A DNA stretch of 63,890 nt, filler included, from Octopus bimaculoides (GCF_001194135.2; 9 parts of 8 records of this genome joined end to end with filler, not necessarily neighbours in it), one strand, 5' to 3'; positions 10,690 through 24,980 are shown, counted from the whole stretch's first letter. The notes: generated from the sequence alone by a model not told the origin. Numbers and translations are program-made.

Positions 10690-13600
10690 TCTATATGCAT
10701 GCGGAAACGAAATACGTCCATTCGTGTCTGCCATGTTGTGTTTGTGTGTGTGTGTGTATATATATATACACAAGAATCTATAAAGCTGTAAGAGAGCGTG
10801 GAATAACTATTTTCGGAATTGGATCTCCTGGGATGGGCAACATGTGACGTTTTCAACAGAATAGGGTATTCTTCAAACCAATGCTTACATACTTTCATTT
10901 ATATGTGGTGAAATGGCAGAATCACTAATACACCCGACAAAATGCTAACATTTTTTTCTGGCTTTATGGTCTGAGTTCAAATACCGCAAAAGTTAACCTT
11001 GCCTTCCAACTGTTTGGTATCGATAAAGATGAGCACTGGAATTCATATAATAAACTAGTCGCCTACGCAAGCATTTCAGACCGTGTTCTTGTTGTAGAAA
11101 GCTTTATGTACTCCGAGATTATTTACCCAGTTCCAAAACAAAAGAATGATAATTATATATAGAATTGTCATTTTCTGTTTATATGTACCTTCCATAAATA
11201 CAGGCATATAACATCGTACCGCCAATATGCTGAAAAGATGTCTTCTTAACTTATTGAAGCATATGCATATAAAGACTAAAATATCAATAATCTATCCTTC
11301 AAAGAGATGACTGAATTTATATCCCATAGAATAAATGTGTTCAACACGGAAGCGATTACTGCGACTTAATGTCACTGGTAATTAATCGTTTAATTATTTA
11401 CGTATATGGCAGTGGATATATATAACTGGGTGAAAATGGTATAGTATGAAATATAATGAAATTAGGATACTTATTTGATTTAAGTGTTAGTATATAAAGG
11501 AAAACAAATATCAAATATAAACTTTTTTATGCGTGTAACAAGGGGAAATTAATATAGATAGATAAAGCGAAAATATTGCTCCAGTATTAAGTACTGTGGA
11601 ATAGTGAAGCCAATGAGAACCCGAAGTCTATGCTGTCATTTGGTCTCCTAGAAACTGCAACAAAGACAATTTATTTTCATTCACTATCTAGCACATTGAT
11701 GAGAGGATCAAAGTTTGATCACCATCCGTTACAGGTATATTCTATCAGTGCTAAAAAGCATAAAAAATAACAAAGTCTGTTATTATACTGGAGTATCTAG
11801 TTTCTTATACTTTACTCAAGAAATTTCTTTTTCTAATTTTCTAACTACAGATCATCTTACGTGTCATACATTTATAATTCGCTTCGTGATTGCTTGGTAT
11901 GAATAATGTTCCCCTAAATATTATATTATAAAGTAGAGCAAGTATTTATGAATTGCAATTATGAAAGTCTTATGTCAATAAATAGGTTTTTTCATTAAAA
12001 GCATTATCTTTGACGCCAAAACAGCAGACGCCAGATAACAATTGTATATTGAATATCTTGTGCTGAATCCTTAAATTAGATAATATATATATAATCTGCA
12101 AATAGAAAATCAATTGTTTTGACACCTTATATTCTGAACGGAATGAGAGAAACGCTCAAAGCACATATATACATAAAAACAGTCTACTTTCACAGGACGT
12201 GTCTTTTATTATAAGAGTGTTGGGTGTCGATTAAAGGGCGTCGGCCATTAGGTTTTATTCCCAACCTTCTCAAATTCATTATAATTTTTACATAGTTACC
12301 CATGTAAATTTGTTAAGCGTCTATGCAATAGTATTTGAAATTCTGCCTAATTCTTCTTAATATCTGCATCTCATATGAAAACGTCTGTAGAGTGGAAAAC
12401 TAAAAATATATTGGTTTGTTTCTATTTGATGCTACATTATATTTTGACGAAATTATAACATGGTCAAATATAAAGGAAAAACAAAAACGAGTGATGAGGA
12501 GGAATAAGAAAATAGTTAAGTAAGATAGGAGTGTTCACATTTTACTAAATTCTTTCCATAACTTATGCTGTTCTTTATTCCATAAAAAACCTAACATCCT
12601 TGATTTTGTGCTCAGCAAAATGTTCGATATTTTATGACTATTTCTCCAACAATCTAAATTCAATCATGCCTGTTTCCAGTCTGTTGCTCCAAAAATATTT
12701 GGAATAAAACTAAATTTATGCTTTGCATACTGAAATTAGAATCTTGACATGAGTAGCCAATAGATATCATTTTTCTCTTTATATCATTATTGACATGCAT
12801 GCAGGCAGCTGGGTTGTATATCCATATCTTGTTTTTCCAGATGACACTGTCAGGTATATCTCATATTCTTTTTACTTATATTTGTTCGTATGCATGCAAG
12901 TTTCCTTTTACTTAAAAACAAAATAAAACGAAGCCAATTTTGATAAGACGTGACAAGAATGGCGAATACATTTTATAAGGTGATGAATATTACCGGTTAA
13001 AATACGAGACATATATGAATTGAGAAGATTAGTGAAGAAATATCAGAGAAAATAACGAAAGGAAGGAAGACGAGAGTTGAGGAATGAGAAGATAAAAAGA
13101 GACATATTCAAAACCAAAAGAAAAGTAAAAAAAAGTCAAAGAGAAGAATACGTAAGTTAGAAAGCAATAATACATAAATATAAAAAATATGAAACGAGAA
13201 TTTTGAAATGAGATAAGTGATGAAATAAAAAAGTAGAAAAAGAAATGTTTGTTTCCTATAATAAAACATAAATGAAAAAATGTGCATGTTCCACAGAAAA
13301 GTATTAATTAGTACAAAACAACTAATCAAGTTTATAAGAAAAAAACCCCCAAAGGAATAGAAATAAAATTAACTTTACGTATCTAAAATATATTGGATGA
13401 TATAAATTTATATGAAATGGAAACTAAAAGATAAAACGATGAATTATATTCTCTTGTAAGGTATAAAACTGCAATTATATTTCTTATTTCCAGTGACTGT
13501 AAACCGCGTCGTTAGATCACTTTCAAACTCCCTCCCGAATTGTCTTTTCACTTTGACTGCGTTTTCAATCTTCCCGTTGCAGTTTGATATAAATTTCGTT

Positions 13601-13913
13601 TGTTTAAAGCTTAGTATGTGCGCTCTTCTTTACTTCTGACGGATTAAATCTAAAAAGAAATGAATATCATGTGAGTTATCAAGTGTTAAGTCATATATAA
13701 TATTTTTGTGAGACCTTTTATGTATGTATGTATGTATGTATGTATTATATATGTGTGTGTGTGTATGTATGTATGCATGTATGTATGTATGTATGTATGT
13801 ATGTGTGTATGTATGTATGTATGCAAACACACGCATATATACATATGTATATATACATTATATTTGTGCGCTTTTATACATGTATGAGTCTTTGTGCGTG
13901 CATGTGTCTATGT

Positions 13914-13956
<43 letters not shown>

Positions 13957-14629
13957 TGTGTACGTGTGTGTGTGTGTGTTGGAAAATTCAGCGTCATTTC
14001 ATATATTTTCAAAGGTATTGTTGTTCTATTACAGATATTAATGCTGTCATTGTTTTGTTTATTTTTTTTTTTTGTTGTTATAGCTGATATTTTTCTTCAC
14101 TGATACTACAATTGGAGTATGAAATATCCACTTCCCATTTCTGCTCAATTTATTGCAAACACTTGTATTATTTTCGATACAATACGAATAAAATACACCT
14201 CCCTATCTCCTCGAATCTCATTCTTCCCTCTGGGTCATCACCATATCCACTGTACATATCTCAATACAAAATCACCATATTCACTGTAGAACTCCTTTTA
14301 ATTTATCACTCATCCCTATAACCTCTGTTGTAGCGCTCCATATCTGCAAGTATTTCTACGACTAACACGCAAATTTGATAAAACTATCTACCTTTGAACT
14401 CCATCTTAGCCTCTGTTCTTAGAATCGGTAGCTTCTTGTCAAATTGCAACATTGTGCGATTACAAATTTAATATTGTGTACACATGTTTATGACACGTTC
14501 CCAGAAACTTGGACGTGGAAATGGTATGTGTTGCAGAATTTTGTCTTGGGGAAAACATCTTCCTATATCTTGCTCCAAATAACGCATGTGGACAGTTGTA
14601 CACCATAGATCATCAACTTTGCAGTGGTT

Positions 14630-14943
14630 AGGGCAGCGGACTCGCGGTCATAGGATCGCGGTTTCGATTCCCAGACCGGGCGTTGTGAGTGTTTATTTAA
14701 CGAAAGCACCTAAATCTCCACGAGGCTCCACCAGGGGATGGTGGTGAACCCTGCTGTACTGTTCCACCACAACTTTCTCTCACTCTTACTTCCTGGTTCT
14801 GTTGTACCTGTAATTCAAAGGGTCAGCCTTGTCACACTGTGTCACGCTGAATATCTCCGAGAACTACGTTAAGGGTATACGTGTCTGTGGAGTGCTCAGC
14901 CACTTGCACGTTAATTTCACGAGCAGGCTGTTCCGTTGATCGG
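14630..14943 (+). mobile_element. SINE family B (3' end in gap)
   Basis: Reverse complement of 7620-7940. Confidence 0.9.
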
Positions 14944-15209
14944 NNNNNNNNNNNNNNNNNNNNNNNNNNNNNNNNNNNNNNNNNNNNNNNNNNNNNNNNN
15001 NNNNNNNNNNNNNNNNNNNNNNNNNNNNNNNNNNNNNNNNNNNNNNNNNNNNNNNNNNNNNNNNNNNNNNNNNNNNNNNNNNNNNNNNNNNNNNNNNNNN
15101 NNNNNNNNNNNNNNNNNNNNNNNNNNNNNNNNNNNNNNNNNNNNNNNNNNNNNNNNNNNNNNNNNNNNNNNNNNNNNNNNNNNNNNNNNNNNNNNNNNNN
15201 NNNNNNNTC

Positions 15210-16110
15210 ACAGCTTTCATTTCCACCTCTTCTTTCTTTTTTTCTGGTTCTCTGGCAGCGGGGTCGCTCCTCTACAGCTCCTTCCTCCTCCTTCCACCAC
15301 CGTGAATCCCTCCTCCACTGTTTCCTCCTCCATCTCCACCTGTTCCAACTGGTTCGCACTCTCCCGCTTTTCCGTCTGCTCTCTCTGTGGGCACCTCGCC
15401 TTCATGTGGCCCCTCTCCCCACATACAAAACATATAGGCGGCCTGCCCTCCACTATCACTCTCAATCTCAAGTCGTCGGGCAGCATTATTTCCTCAACAA
15501 TTCGATTTAAGTCCTCTATTGTTGCCGGATAGTGAGCTCAATCCCGCATCCCCAGCAATTAATTCTTTGTCCTTGTGACCCTCGACATCTTGGCCCCATC
15601 CCTAGTGTTGAAAATTATGGCTGTCATCAGCCATGCTTCTCCCAGTTCTAGAGGCACCTCGCCTACTCGCACTCTAGCCACAGTATGAAGGCAAAAGCAC
15701 TCAATCCTCCCATCATATTGCCTCCGTGGAGTGTTTAATTGCTTCTTCCTCTGTCGCAAAGCGCACCTCCACGGTGACATACTTCATTTCACTTGTTATA
15801 AATGTTGTTAGAGTTTTTTTATGCTTTTCAAGCACTCTTCAACCTCCTCCATCGTCGCATTCTCCATCTTTCTCGTTGCAACCTTCATTGTCCTGAATAC
15901 AACTGTTCCCCCGGTTACATTGTTTGTCAGTTCCGCAGGCGGAGCCAACTTCAACGTATCTCCAACCGTCTCCAGCAACCCCTCACACTTCTTCACTTTC
16001 CCTGGTTCCACCTTAATTTCAATTATTTAAAACGCTTCCTCCTCCATTCCCCTTCGAGTTGCGGCCGCACAACTGTAGCCACCCACCAGCGCCCTCTCCA
16101 CTTTGCCCCC
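15210..16110 (-). pseudogene. Decayed ORF1 (gag-like, CCHC knuckle) of an L1/Tx1-type non-LTR retrotransposon
   Basis: LRVIVEGRPPICFVCGERGHMKARCP (CX2CX4HX4C) followed by an acidic/basic tail. Upstream collinear fragments are broken by stops. Confidence 0.7.
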
Positions 16111-18341
16111 AATGGGAAGAGAAAAATTAAAACAACAGTTCACAAGAACATCAACATTTCGAACAGTAATAATCAACAAACAAATATTTAACGCTCCGAC
16201 TCACGACAAAAACACTCCGTTATCAACAACTCGAACGACCTCTGCTCATTCTCTCTTTATTTTGGCACTACGGCCACAACACAGAGGGGGAAATTACAAT
16301 GATAGACAATATAATACAAGACGTGGGATACATTTAACGAATTACATCTACTCATCTACCTCGACGTCTAGACTATATCTACGTATTGGGCATGACTACG
16401 TCATCGTCTGGGGGCATCGACACAGCAGAAACATAAGGAAGCTTTTGAAAAAGGAGTACTGCTTCTGCAATTATAGGTAAGTATCTTGGTTAATAGTGGA
16501 ACGAACCATTTCCATTACAGTTGTTGCAGATCAAAGTTGGCTAGGGTGTAAACAAGGTATTGAGTTTAAGTTGTTTGAAATTAAAAATCCTTGACAATGG
16601 AATATAATTCAGCTGATACCAAGATATGTGCTACCAATTAACTATATTTTAATTGAAGTGCAACGAACTGGCATTGAATTATTTCATGTTGGTCTCAATT
16701 CTTATTCAAAGTACATCCGTTTCTATCACACGTCTTAAGTATCAAATAACAAAAGCAATTAAAATCTGTGCATCTCTGTTACCAGATCAATGTATAATAG
16801 ATTATTCCAGAACATTTCAATGGAAATGTATTTCAAATTCGTGTTCCACTTAAAATCAGTCCCATACCTCAACCAGGTGATATTGGAACTGATACTCTCA
16901 GGTAACAATGACGTGACACGTGAAAATGGGTGAGATGCTTCTACAATATACACACACAATGTTAATTTATGACTGTGTAACATCCATAGTGTGGCGTGAA
17001 TATCACATTTGGGTATGAATAAATATTGAATAGGTTGAGTAGGTTGTCGTTATTTTCTTTATAACACTCTCTATGAAATACCCACGAGATTTCTTTACTG
17101 TGAATTCACTTCTAAAATAGATTATTTTTGTTGAAATATTACAAGTGAATAATATCAATTAATGCATCCAAAATTTCAATTAAATTGATTAACATGTTTG
17201 TTTGTTTTTTATTTAGTCTCTTATTGCTTCTTATATTTAAAAATGTTAGATACATGAGATAACATTTGTTGGAGCTTGAGGTAATTCGATGAAAATAACC
17301 AGTTATAGTTTGTGTGCTTCATAGCTTGTAAAAAAAAAAGAATAAAATAACCATTGGTTCTGTAAAACGATTCTAAAAAATAAAGGAAAGCAATTATTCT
17401 GAAATATAAGTTATATCATGTCCAGTAAAGAGAAATTTCGATATTTTCAATTTTCACTCGTAAAATTTAAATGTTCCATTTATATTATTATTAAATATTA
17501 TTGCTAGCGTTATCCGAAACTACATGCTATCAGTAACGGAATTTGATATAATGATAACACCATATTCTACTTCGAGATAATTTAAAGATTATATTAACGG
17601 TAGCATCCTATAAAAATCGCTGTTTGTGAGAAAGAATAACACTATTAGTTCTTTATTAAAATATCGACCATTATCCCTAGAGTACACCCCACAAATGATA
17701 ACAGGAAAAACACACCATTAAAGTGGAAAAGCACAAAAAAAATGAAGAAAACAAAACCAAGCAAAGATATGAGGGAAATTAGATCAAAATCAAGCAGAAA
17801 CGAAATATTTTTCAATGGTCATATGTTTCTTCACCGATTTATCTCTCAAATTCCCGATTATACATACACTGCTGTGTTTTCATATTTTCTTTACAATATA
17901 CTGGAAAATTGCTCCGAAGTGAGATCACATTCTAAACCTATCAACACAAACAAAAGTTGATATTGTATTTGTAGTCTTGGGGAGAGATGATTAATATTAA
18001 TGAAATATTTTCCACCACTTACATATACTTTCTCATGAGTTGGCTTCACTGCAATCTGTCTAGCAGAATGAAGAACAAAGGTTATCAGTTCGTCTCAGAC
18101 ACAGAAAAAATAACTCACTGATGTAATTATTTACGCTATTTGAAAAATACTTTCACTTCCAAATCCATAATATTTATTGAATTCGAAACTAAATTTAATT
18201 TATTAGATATTGAAAAAGATTAATCTGAAAAAATGTACACTCTGAGGAATCGGTAGCCAATATGAGACACTAGTACCTTCTATTCTGCTTTATATATTTA
18301 TATGTATGTGTACGTGGTTGTGTGCATGCATATATGTATAA

Positions 18342-18692
18342 ACGCAAGCGTGGCTGTGTAGTAAAAAACGTGTTTCCCAACCACATGATTCAGGGTTCAG
18401 TCCCACAGCGTGGCATTTGGGGAAGTGTCTTCTACTGTAGCATCGGGCCGACCAAAAACTTGTGAGCAGATTTAGTAGACGGAAACACGAAAGCCCGTCA
18501 TATATATGTATATGTATTTGTGTGCGTGGTGAGTTCGTGTATGTGTGCATCTTCATGCTTGTATTTATTTTCCACCACCACTTGACAACCGGTATTGGTG
18601 TATTTACCTCCTGGATAAATGCCAGATCCATTCATTCGACTAAAATTCTTCAAGGCTGTGCTCCAACACGGCTGCAGTTTAATTTCTGAAAC
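18342..18692 (+). mobile_element. SINE family A, diverged full-length copy
   Basis: Head, CORE-like part, microsatellite spacer and shortened 3' module. Confidence 0.75.
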
Positions 18693-18809
18693 AAACATAG
18701 AAACAAGTCATATATATTCATATAGAGAGAATGATACGAGATGGAAAAGCATAGAAGATTTCAATGTTAAATCTCTGAACGAGGTGTTAACAGTAACTGC
18801 ACGATAAAG

Positions 18810-19062
18810 TGAAGTATATTTGCCATTTAAATGTGGCTGACCCCTAAGGGTGGATGTTACTGTTGCTTTTAGCCCCAGGAGAACATCTCCTCCAGCTGGC
18901 TTATCGACACATATCTGTGTCCTGTCTATTTTTGCCAAGGGAAGTTATCCTTCCCATCTTGATGTCGATAAGCCAGCTGGAGGAGATGTTCTCCTGGGGC
19001 TAAAAGCAACAGTAACATCCACCCTTAGGGGTCAGCCACATTTAAATGGCAAATATACTTCA
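18810..19062. repeat. Perfect 100-bp inverted repeat with 53-bp spacer
   Basis: 18810-18909 is the exact reverse complement of 18963-19062. A diverged partial copy of the arm lies at 38290-38345. Confidence 0.92.
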
Positions 19063-19165
19063 TAGNNNNNNNNNNNNNNNNNNNNNNNNNNNNNNNNNNN
19101 NNNNNNNNNTTAATTAATTAANNNNNNNNNNNNNNNNNNNNNNNNNNNNNNNNNNNNNNNNNNNN

Positions 19166-19218
<53 letters not shown>

Positions 19219-19753
19219 CACGATTATATATATATATGCAGGTTTGGCCAAAAGTCACCCGACAGTAAATCAAAATTCCACAGATATCATCTGTAATTTT
19301 GTATTGACTCGAATAGAAAAATGTGTCGCTCAAGAAAGACTTCGTTTGAACAATTTGGATGATGTTTCATCTTTGGATGATGTTTCATCTTTGGATGATT
19401 TTATTAAATTCATTCAGTTGTCCAACGTAAATAAATCTTGGAATTAACAGGTGACTCCTGGCCAATCCAGTATATATGTGTGTGGGGTTGTGCATATATG
19501 TGTTTCACACTAGTTTGAGGGAGCATATGTATATATATGCACGTGTACGTGGGTGTGCGTGCACGCGTGTGTACGTATTTATATGCGTGCATACGCGAAT
19601 CCTATGAGCAGTTTTTACTTTCTCCCCTTTCGGGTTTTTTTCCCTTTACTTAACGGTCATTCTAATAGCTCTTTTGTTTGTCTTAATAACTGTCAACTTC
19701 ATAGTAATTTCCCTTTGTTTATCTGTCATTTTCCTAACATTTTTGTTTTTTCT

Positions 19754-19816
19754 TAATAACTGACGAGATGCCGGAGCAGATTTCCGCCCCGACATCTGAA
19801 ACTCGGAGTTTTATTA
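19754..19816 (+). ncRNA. Type I hammerhead ribozyme motif
   Basis: Stem I TAATAA/TTATTA, CTGACGA at 19760-19766, 13-bp stem II with 3 mismatches plus one extra T, GAAA at 19798-19801. Stem III ACTC-G-GAGT, H17=U at 19810. Confidence 0.65.
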
Positions 19817-19855
19817 TGGCAACTGAATAATTGTCATATTATTTTGTCACATTAT

Positions 19856-20042
19856 TTGTAACAAAAACATCTTTAAATGATTATTCCGGAGCATATTCAC
19901 CATCTACTTCAATTACTGCTTCCCATTTGTTTGGCAGATGGTCAGACAGTTAGTTATTTAAAGATGCTTTGTTAAATATTGTTATTGTTTTTGTTGAATA
20001 AAATTTGTTGAAATAAGTCGCAACAATTATGCACCAGCCCAA
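19856..20042. mobile_element. Mariner-derived MITE, left end truncated
   Basis: Homologous to 40346-40596. Right TIR ..ATTATGCACCAGCCCAA-TA. Confidence 0.8.
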
Positions 20043-20103
20043 TATATATANNNNNNNNNNNNNNNNNNNNNNNNNNNNNNNNNNNNNNNNNNNNNNNNNN
20101 NNN

Positions 20104-21016
20104 ATTTTAATATGGGGTAGGACCGCCTTTGGCAGTACTTGCACCTTGAATTCTACGAGGTATGGACTCGTACAAAGTTTGAATTGTTTACAAAGGAATC
20201 TTTATCCATTCTTCAGCTAAAACAGTCTCCAGTTCTTGTAGTGATGATGGTGGAGGATATTGACTCCTTACTTGTTTTTGTAAAATGCACCATAAATGTT
20301 CAATGATATTGAGATCTGGTGACTGTGGTGGCCAGAGAAGATGTTCAACTTCACTAGAATGTGCTTTGTGCCATTCAGTAACAACTTTAGTTGTGTGAAT
20401 TGGTGTATTATCATCTTGAAAGATTGCGTTTCCCCCCGGAAACAGTTCTGCAACATTTGTTTTTGAAAGGAGTGATTTTCTAATTGCAGCCCTCCCGTGA
20501 AACCCGGCTTTGTGCAGCTCCCAGCAAGCAGTTTTTGTGGAAACTGGGTTCTTGAGGTGGTCATTAAGCTCTGCAGTAATTTTGGGAGCTGTACTTTTGT
20601 GATCCTTTCTAACAATTCGCGTAAGAGTCCGACGGTCCGTATCTTAAAGTTTTGATTTTCTTCCGGAGTTTTGTTTCGATGAGGTTTTTCCCTTTTTCTC
20701 AAAGGCTGTCATTACTTTCGAGATAGTACTTCTTGATACATCAAACATTTCGGTTGTTTTCGTTACGCTAGCGCATGCTATGCGAGCACCAACAATTTGA
20801 CCTCTTTGAAAGTCCGATAGATCTGTCATTTTAATGAATTTTAATAACCTTTTTCTGATGATATCTGAAAAGAAATAGCAATTTTAGCAAAACATTAAGT
20901 AACACTAATAATAAATCAAAAATCATAAAAATAAACAAGCTTTTGGTGGTTTTATAGACATTGCAAAATTATGATGTTATGATGTTAGATGTTCCCATTA
21001 TTTTGTCCAGCCCCTG
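20104..21016 (-). mobile_element. Tc1-like DNA transposon (DD36E), internally deleted
   Basis: TIR CAGGGGCTGGACAAAATAATGGGAACATCT with TA. Encodes MTDLSDFQRGQIVGAR.. and FQDDNTPIH..WPPQSPDLNIIEH, with 36 residues between D and E. Confidence 0.9.
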
Positions 21017-21051
<35 letters not shown>

Positions 21052-22611
21052 ATGTATGTATGTATGTATGTATGTATATATGTAGTTGTGTGTTTGTGTT
21101 TGTTCCCCCGCCATCGTCTGACAAATGATTTTGGTGTGTTTGCGTGCACGTAACAGCAATTCGGCAAAAGACACCGATAGAATAAGTACTAGGCTTACAA
21201 AGAATACGTCCTGAGGTCGACTTGTTCGACTAAGACGGCGGTGCCCCAGCATGGTTGCAGTCAGATGACTGAAACAAGTAAAAGAATAACGTTTCTTTTG
21301 AACATCGAATGCCTATGAGAGTCCACTCAAGTCCACTCAAGGGGACACGAGTAAAATAGAAATCGAAGAGTTCTACCGGCAAAAAATGGTGGAAAGCTAC
21401 TGGACTAAATCTTTGAAGCCGGTGCTCCAGCATGGCTGCACTCGCAATGAATCAAACATGTCACAAATAAAATGATAGAGATGTTGCTGCATCTGGTAAA
21501 GTTCCACTTCATTAATCAGCGGAGCAGATGTTTTCAACTGAAAAGAGCTTCTCGACACACCCACGCTTGCGCACAGGACACACACACACACACGCACGGA
21601 CACACACACACATACACTCACACACACATACGCGCACACACGAGCACATACACACTCGCACACACACGGGTACATACACAGACACACTCGCACACACACG
21701 GTCACATACACTCGCACACAAACACACGGATACAGACACTCACACACACACGGACACACACTTACACACATACATGGACACACACGTACACACGGACATA
21801 CACACGGNNNNNNNNNNNNNNNNNNNNNNNNNNNNNNNNNNNNNNNNNNNNNNNNNNNNNNNNNNNNNNNNNNNNNNNNNNNNNNNNNNNNNNNNNNNNN
21901 NNNNNNNNNNNNNNNNNNNNNNNNNNNNNNNNNNNNNNNNNNNNNNNNNNNNNNNNNNNNNNNNNNNNNNNNNNNNNNNNNNNNNNNNNNNNNNNNNNNN
22001 NNNNNNNNNNNNNNNNNNNNNNNNNNNNNNNNNNNNNNNNNNNNNNNNNNNNNNNNNNNNNNNNNNNNNNNNNNNNNNNNNNNNNNNNNNNNNNNNNNNN
22101 NNNNNNNNNNNNNNNNNNNNNNNNNNNNNNNNNNNNNNNNNNNNNNNNNNNNNNNNNNNNNNNNNNNNNNNNNNNNNNNNNNNNNNNNNNNNNNNNNNNN
22201 NNNNNNNNNNNNNNNNNNNNNNNNNNNNNNNNNNNNNNNNNNNNNNNNNNNNNNNNNNNNNNNNNNNNNNNNNNNNNNNNNNNNNNNNNNNNNNNNNNNN
22301 NNNNNNNNNNNNNNNNNNNNNNNNNNNNNNNNNNNNNNNNNNNNNNNNNNNNNNNNNNNNNNNNNNNNNNNNNNNNNNNNNNNNNNNNNNNNNNNNNNNN
22401 NNNNNNNNNNNNNNNTTCCTCTCTCCTCCTCTCTTCTTCCTCTCTCTCTCTCTCTCTCTCTTGCGCATTTTATGTTAGTTTTATGTGTATCTTTCTTTCA
22501 ATCTCTCTTTTTTACTCTGTCTCCCACCTCTCTCTCTCTCTCTCTCTCGGTCGTATTTGTCAGTTTAATCGTATGAAACATATTTCTCTGATTTATCAAA
22601 CTCAAAATGTG

Positions 22612-22875
22612 AAGGCGTGTGGCCTTGTGTTTGCACTCAGAATCGTTAGATCGTGGGTTCAATTCCCAGATCAGGCAGCGCGCTGTGTTCTTGAGCAAAG
22701 CACTTCATTTCACGTTACTCCAGTTACCACTTGCTATCAAGGGTACAGGGAAAGTTGGGCCGCTAACCAGTGGGGTGACACCATTCGAAGGCTAAATCGA
22801 TATAAAGCGCCTTATGACTAGCGATGTACAACATCTGATATCTAGGCGGTAACATGGTCACATGGACACGTGAAC
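22612..22875 (+). mobile_element. CORE-like SINE family C, diverged
   Basis: GGGTTCAATTCCC B box and CTTGAGCAAAGCACTT. Confidence 0.65.
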
Positions 22876-23268
22876 AAACTCAAAATACGTTGAAGCTTTT
22901 CTGCTCCTCAAAGCTGACTGGGTTCATTACCATTCCAACTCAAGCATTCCTGACCCACTCGTCTCTTCCTCTCGCATTATCCTTGTTTTGTCCACCAAGC
23001 CCAAGATACTGCATTAATCCCTATACCCAGTCCTTGCTCCGCTGGAACTCCTTATTCATATCTTTCCGGCAGATGTTGCCTGGCAACGATTCAAAAGAAA
23101 CACTGATTGCATCTCATTAGCCATGGAGAGATTGCATTCGTTATGGTCTCTCCCCCATCTTCCAGATCGAGCGAATAAAAAACAATATAAGATGATGCAT
23201 CGAGTTTAGGACCCAGGTTCAATTCTTCTGCAGACCTACTTATATTTTAAGATAGTATGTAGAATAGA

Positions 23269-23519
23269 TCGTTGCTATTATGTTAAACTGTCGCATATCC
23301 AAATTTGACCGAATGCATTTTTTTCTTCAATATATATTTTTGCTTGCAATAGCCGGTTCTTTTGGTCAAACTATCGTATCTCCAGCTGCTTCAGATGCCA
23401 AGATATCAAAAATTGTCAAAGTGTAGTACAACGGTTTTGCTTTGAAATGGTGAAACTGTTTTTCCTTTTCTGAAAAAGCAACGTTTTGAACTTACGACAC
23501 TTTTCCATAATAGCAACGA
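23269..23519. mobile_element. Unclassified MITE (about 250 bp)
   Basis: Perfect 14-bp TIR TCGTTGCTATTATG / CATAATAGCAACGA, continuing imperfectly for about 15 bp. Confidence 0.7.
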
Positions 23520-23543
23520 GAGATAATAGACAACTTTAGTATA

Positions 23544-24050
23544 CAGGGATGGGGAAAAGTAGGTATACAGATACTTAATATGAGCGGAATATTCTTTTCA
23601 TTTCTCTATTTCTTTTTTAGGATAAGAATTCTATGATTCTAAGTTCTTTTTAACTAATTCTTTCTGTAAAAAAAACATTTATTCCTAATTTCGGATATTG
23701 ATTACATGGCTGGAAATTTGACCGACGATAAACGAAATTGGATCATCAAGCAGTATTGGAAAACAGAGAATGCAGAAATGGTTGGACGGAACTGGACTGA
23801 AGAATTTCAAAGACCAGCTCCATCAAGATTAACAGTTTAATGCATCAAGATTAACAGAATACGTGACAAATTTTAGCAAACTGGGTCCATCTGCAATGCA
23901 AAGAAAAGTGGTCGACCGGTCAATGTTGCCAATGAATAAAATGAAATGCTTGTGGCTCAAGCATTCAATCAAGGTCCACAGGCATAAAAAAAGGTGGGGT
24001 TTCTAACGAACTAGGCATCTCCCACAGATCCCTTAGTCGCTTAAGTTTGA
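23544..24050 (+). mobile_element. 5' fragment of a Tc1/mariner-superfamily transposon (HTH region)
   Basis: TA-CAGGGATGGGGAAAAGTAGGTATACAG end. ATG at 23706: MAGNLTDDKRNWIIKQYWKTENAE..RIRDKF..GSI..KSGRP, with stops. Confidence 0.7.
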
Positions 24051-24592
24051 ACAAAAAATAAAGGAATACAAGGAACATTCCAGTCATACTTACTTTTGCC
24101 CACCTTTAAATTCTCCCAGGATAATGAGATTGCTGCGGTTAACCTTCAGCCTGAACCTGTACAGGCTTGTGTCTGCATGAGGCAATCCATAGGGAAATTG
24201 CTTCCACTGTGCTGACATGTTCTCTATACATCATCCTAACGACCTAATCTTCACTAAGACCTACTATAACCCAATAGACAGTCATGTATTTGCTGTAGAG
24301 AACTTCTACAGAACACCATATTCTGATGTTTAAATGAATATACTTAACAAAAAAAAAACATACAAACTTCTGGCTGTTCCACCAACATCTTCAACTTATG
24401 TGTAGGATGTGTCTCGTCAATCATTAAAGTAGAAAGTATTTATTTTTGCTTTTATTCAAAACATTGGTCATATTTTATATCATTTATTTTCTACTGTCTA
24501 GTTTTGCGTTTATTCTTTGCTTTCTTTTTCCATCTGCGAATCCATTTATTTTTTCGATCTGCAAAACGAAACAGCATTATATATACATGTGT

Positions 24593-24653
<61 letters not shown>

Positions 24654-24980
24654 CGTTCATCTGTGTGTGTGTGTGCGTTCATCTGTGTGTGTGTGAGTTC
24701 ATCTGTGTGTGTGTGTGCATGTCTGTGTGTGTGTGTACGTCTGTGTGTACGTATGTATGTTTATATGTATGTATAATTGTATGTAGGTGCACATACACTG
24801 CACTCACAAATATGTTTGTATAAATGTATATATGTGTGTATGTTTATATATATGTACATGTATATACACATACACACATATATACATTTAAATATATTTA
24901 TATAAATATATATATATGTGTGTATATACACATATATACACATACACACATATACATTTATACAAACATATTTAAATGTA

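Noticed and set aside
14100-14620. Possible LINE ORF2 remnant downstream of the ORF1 fragment
   Set aside because: No endonuclease or RT motif could be read in any frame.
17215-17286. Strong acceptor and donor pair suggesting an exon
   Set aside because: Stops occur in all three frames, which shows that splice-like signals arise by chance here.
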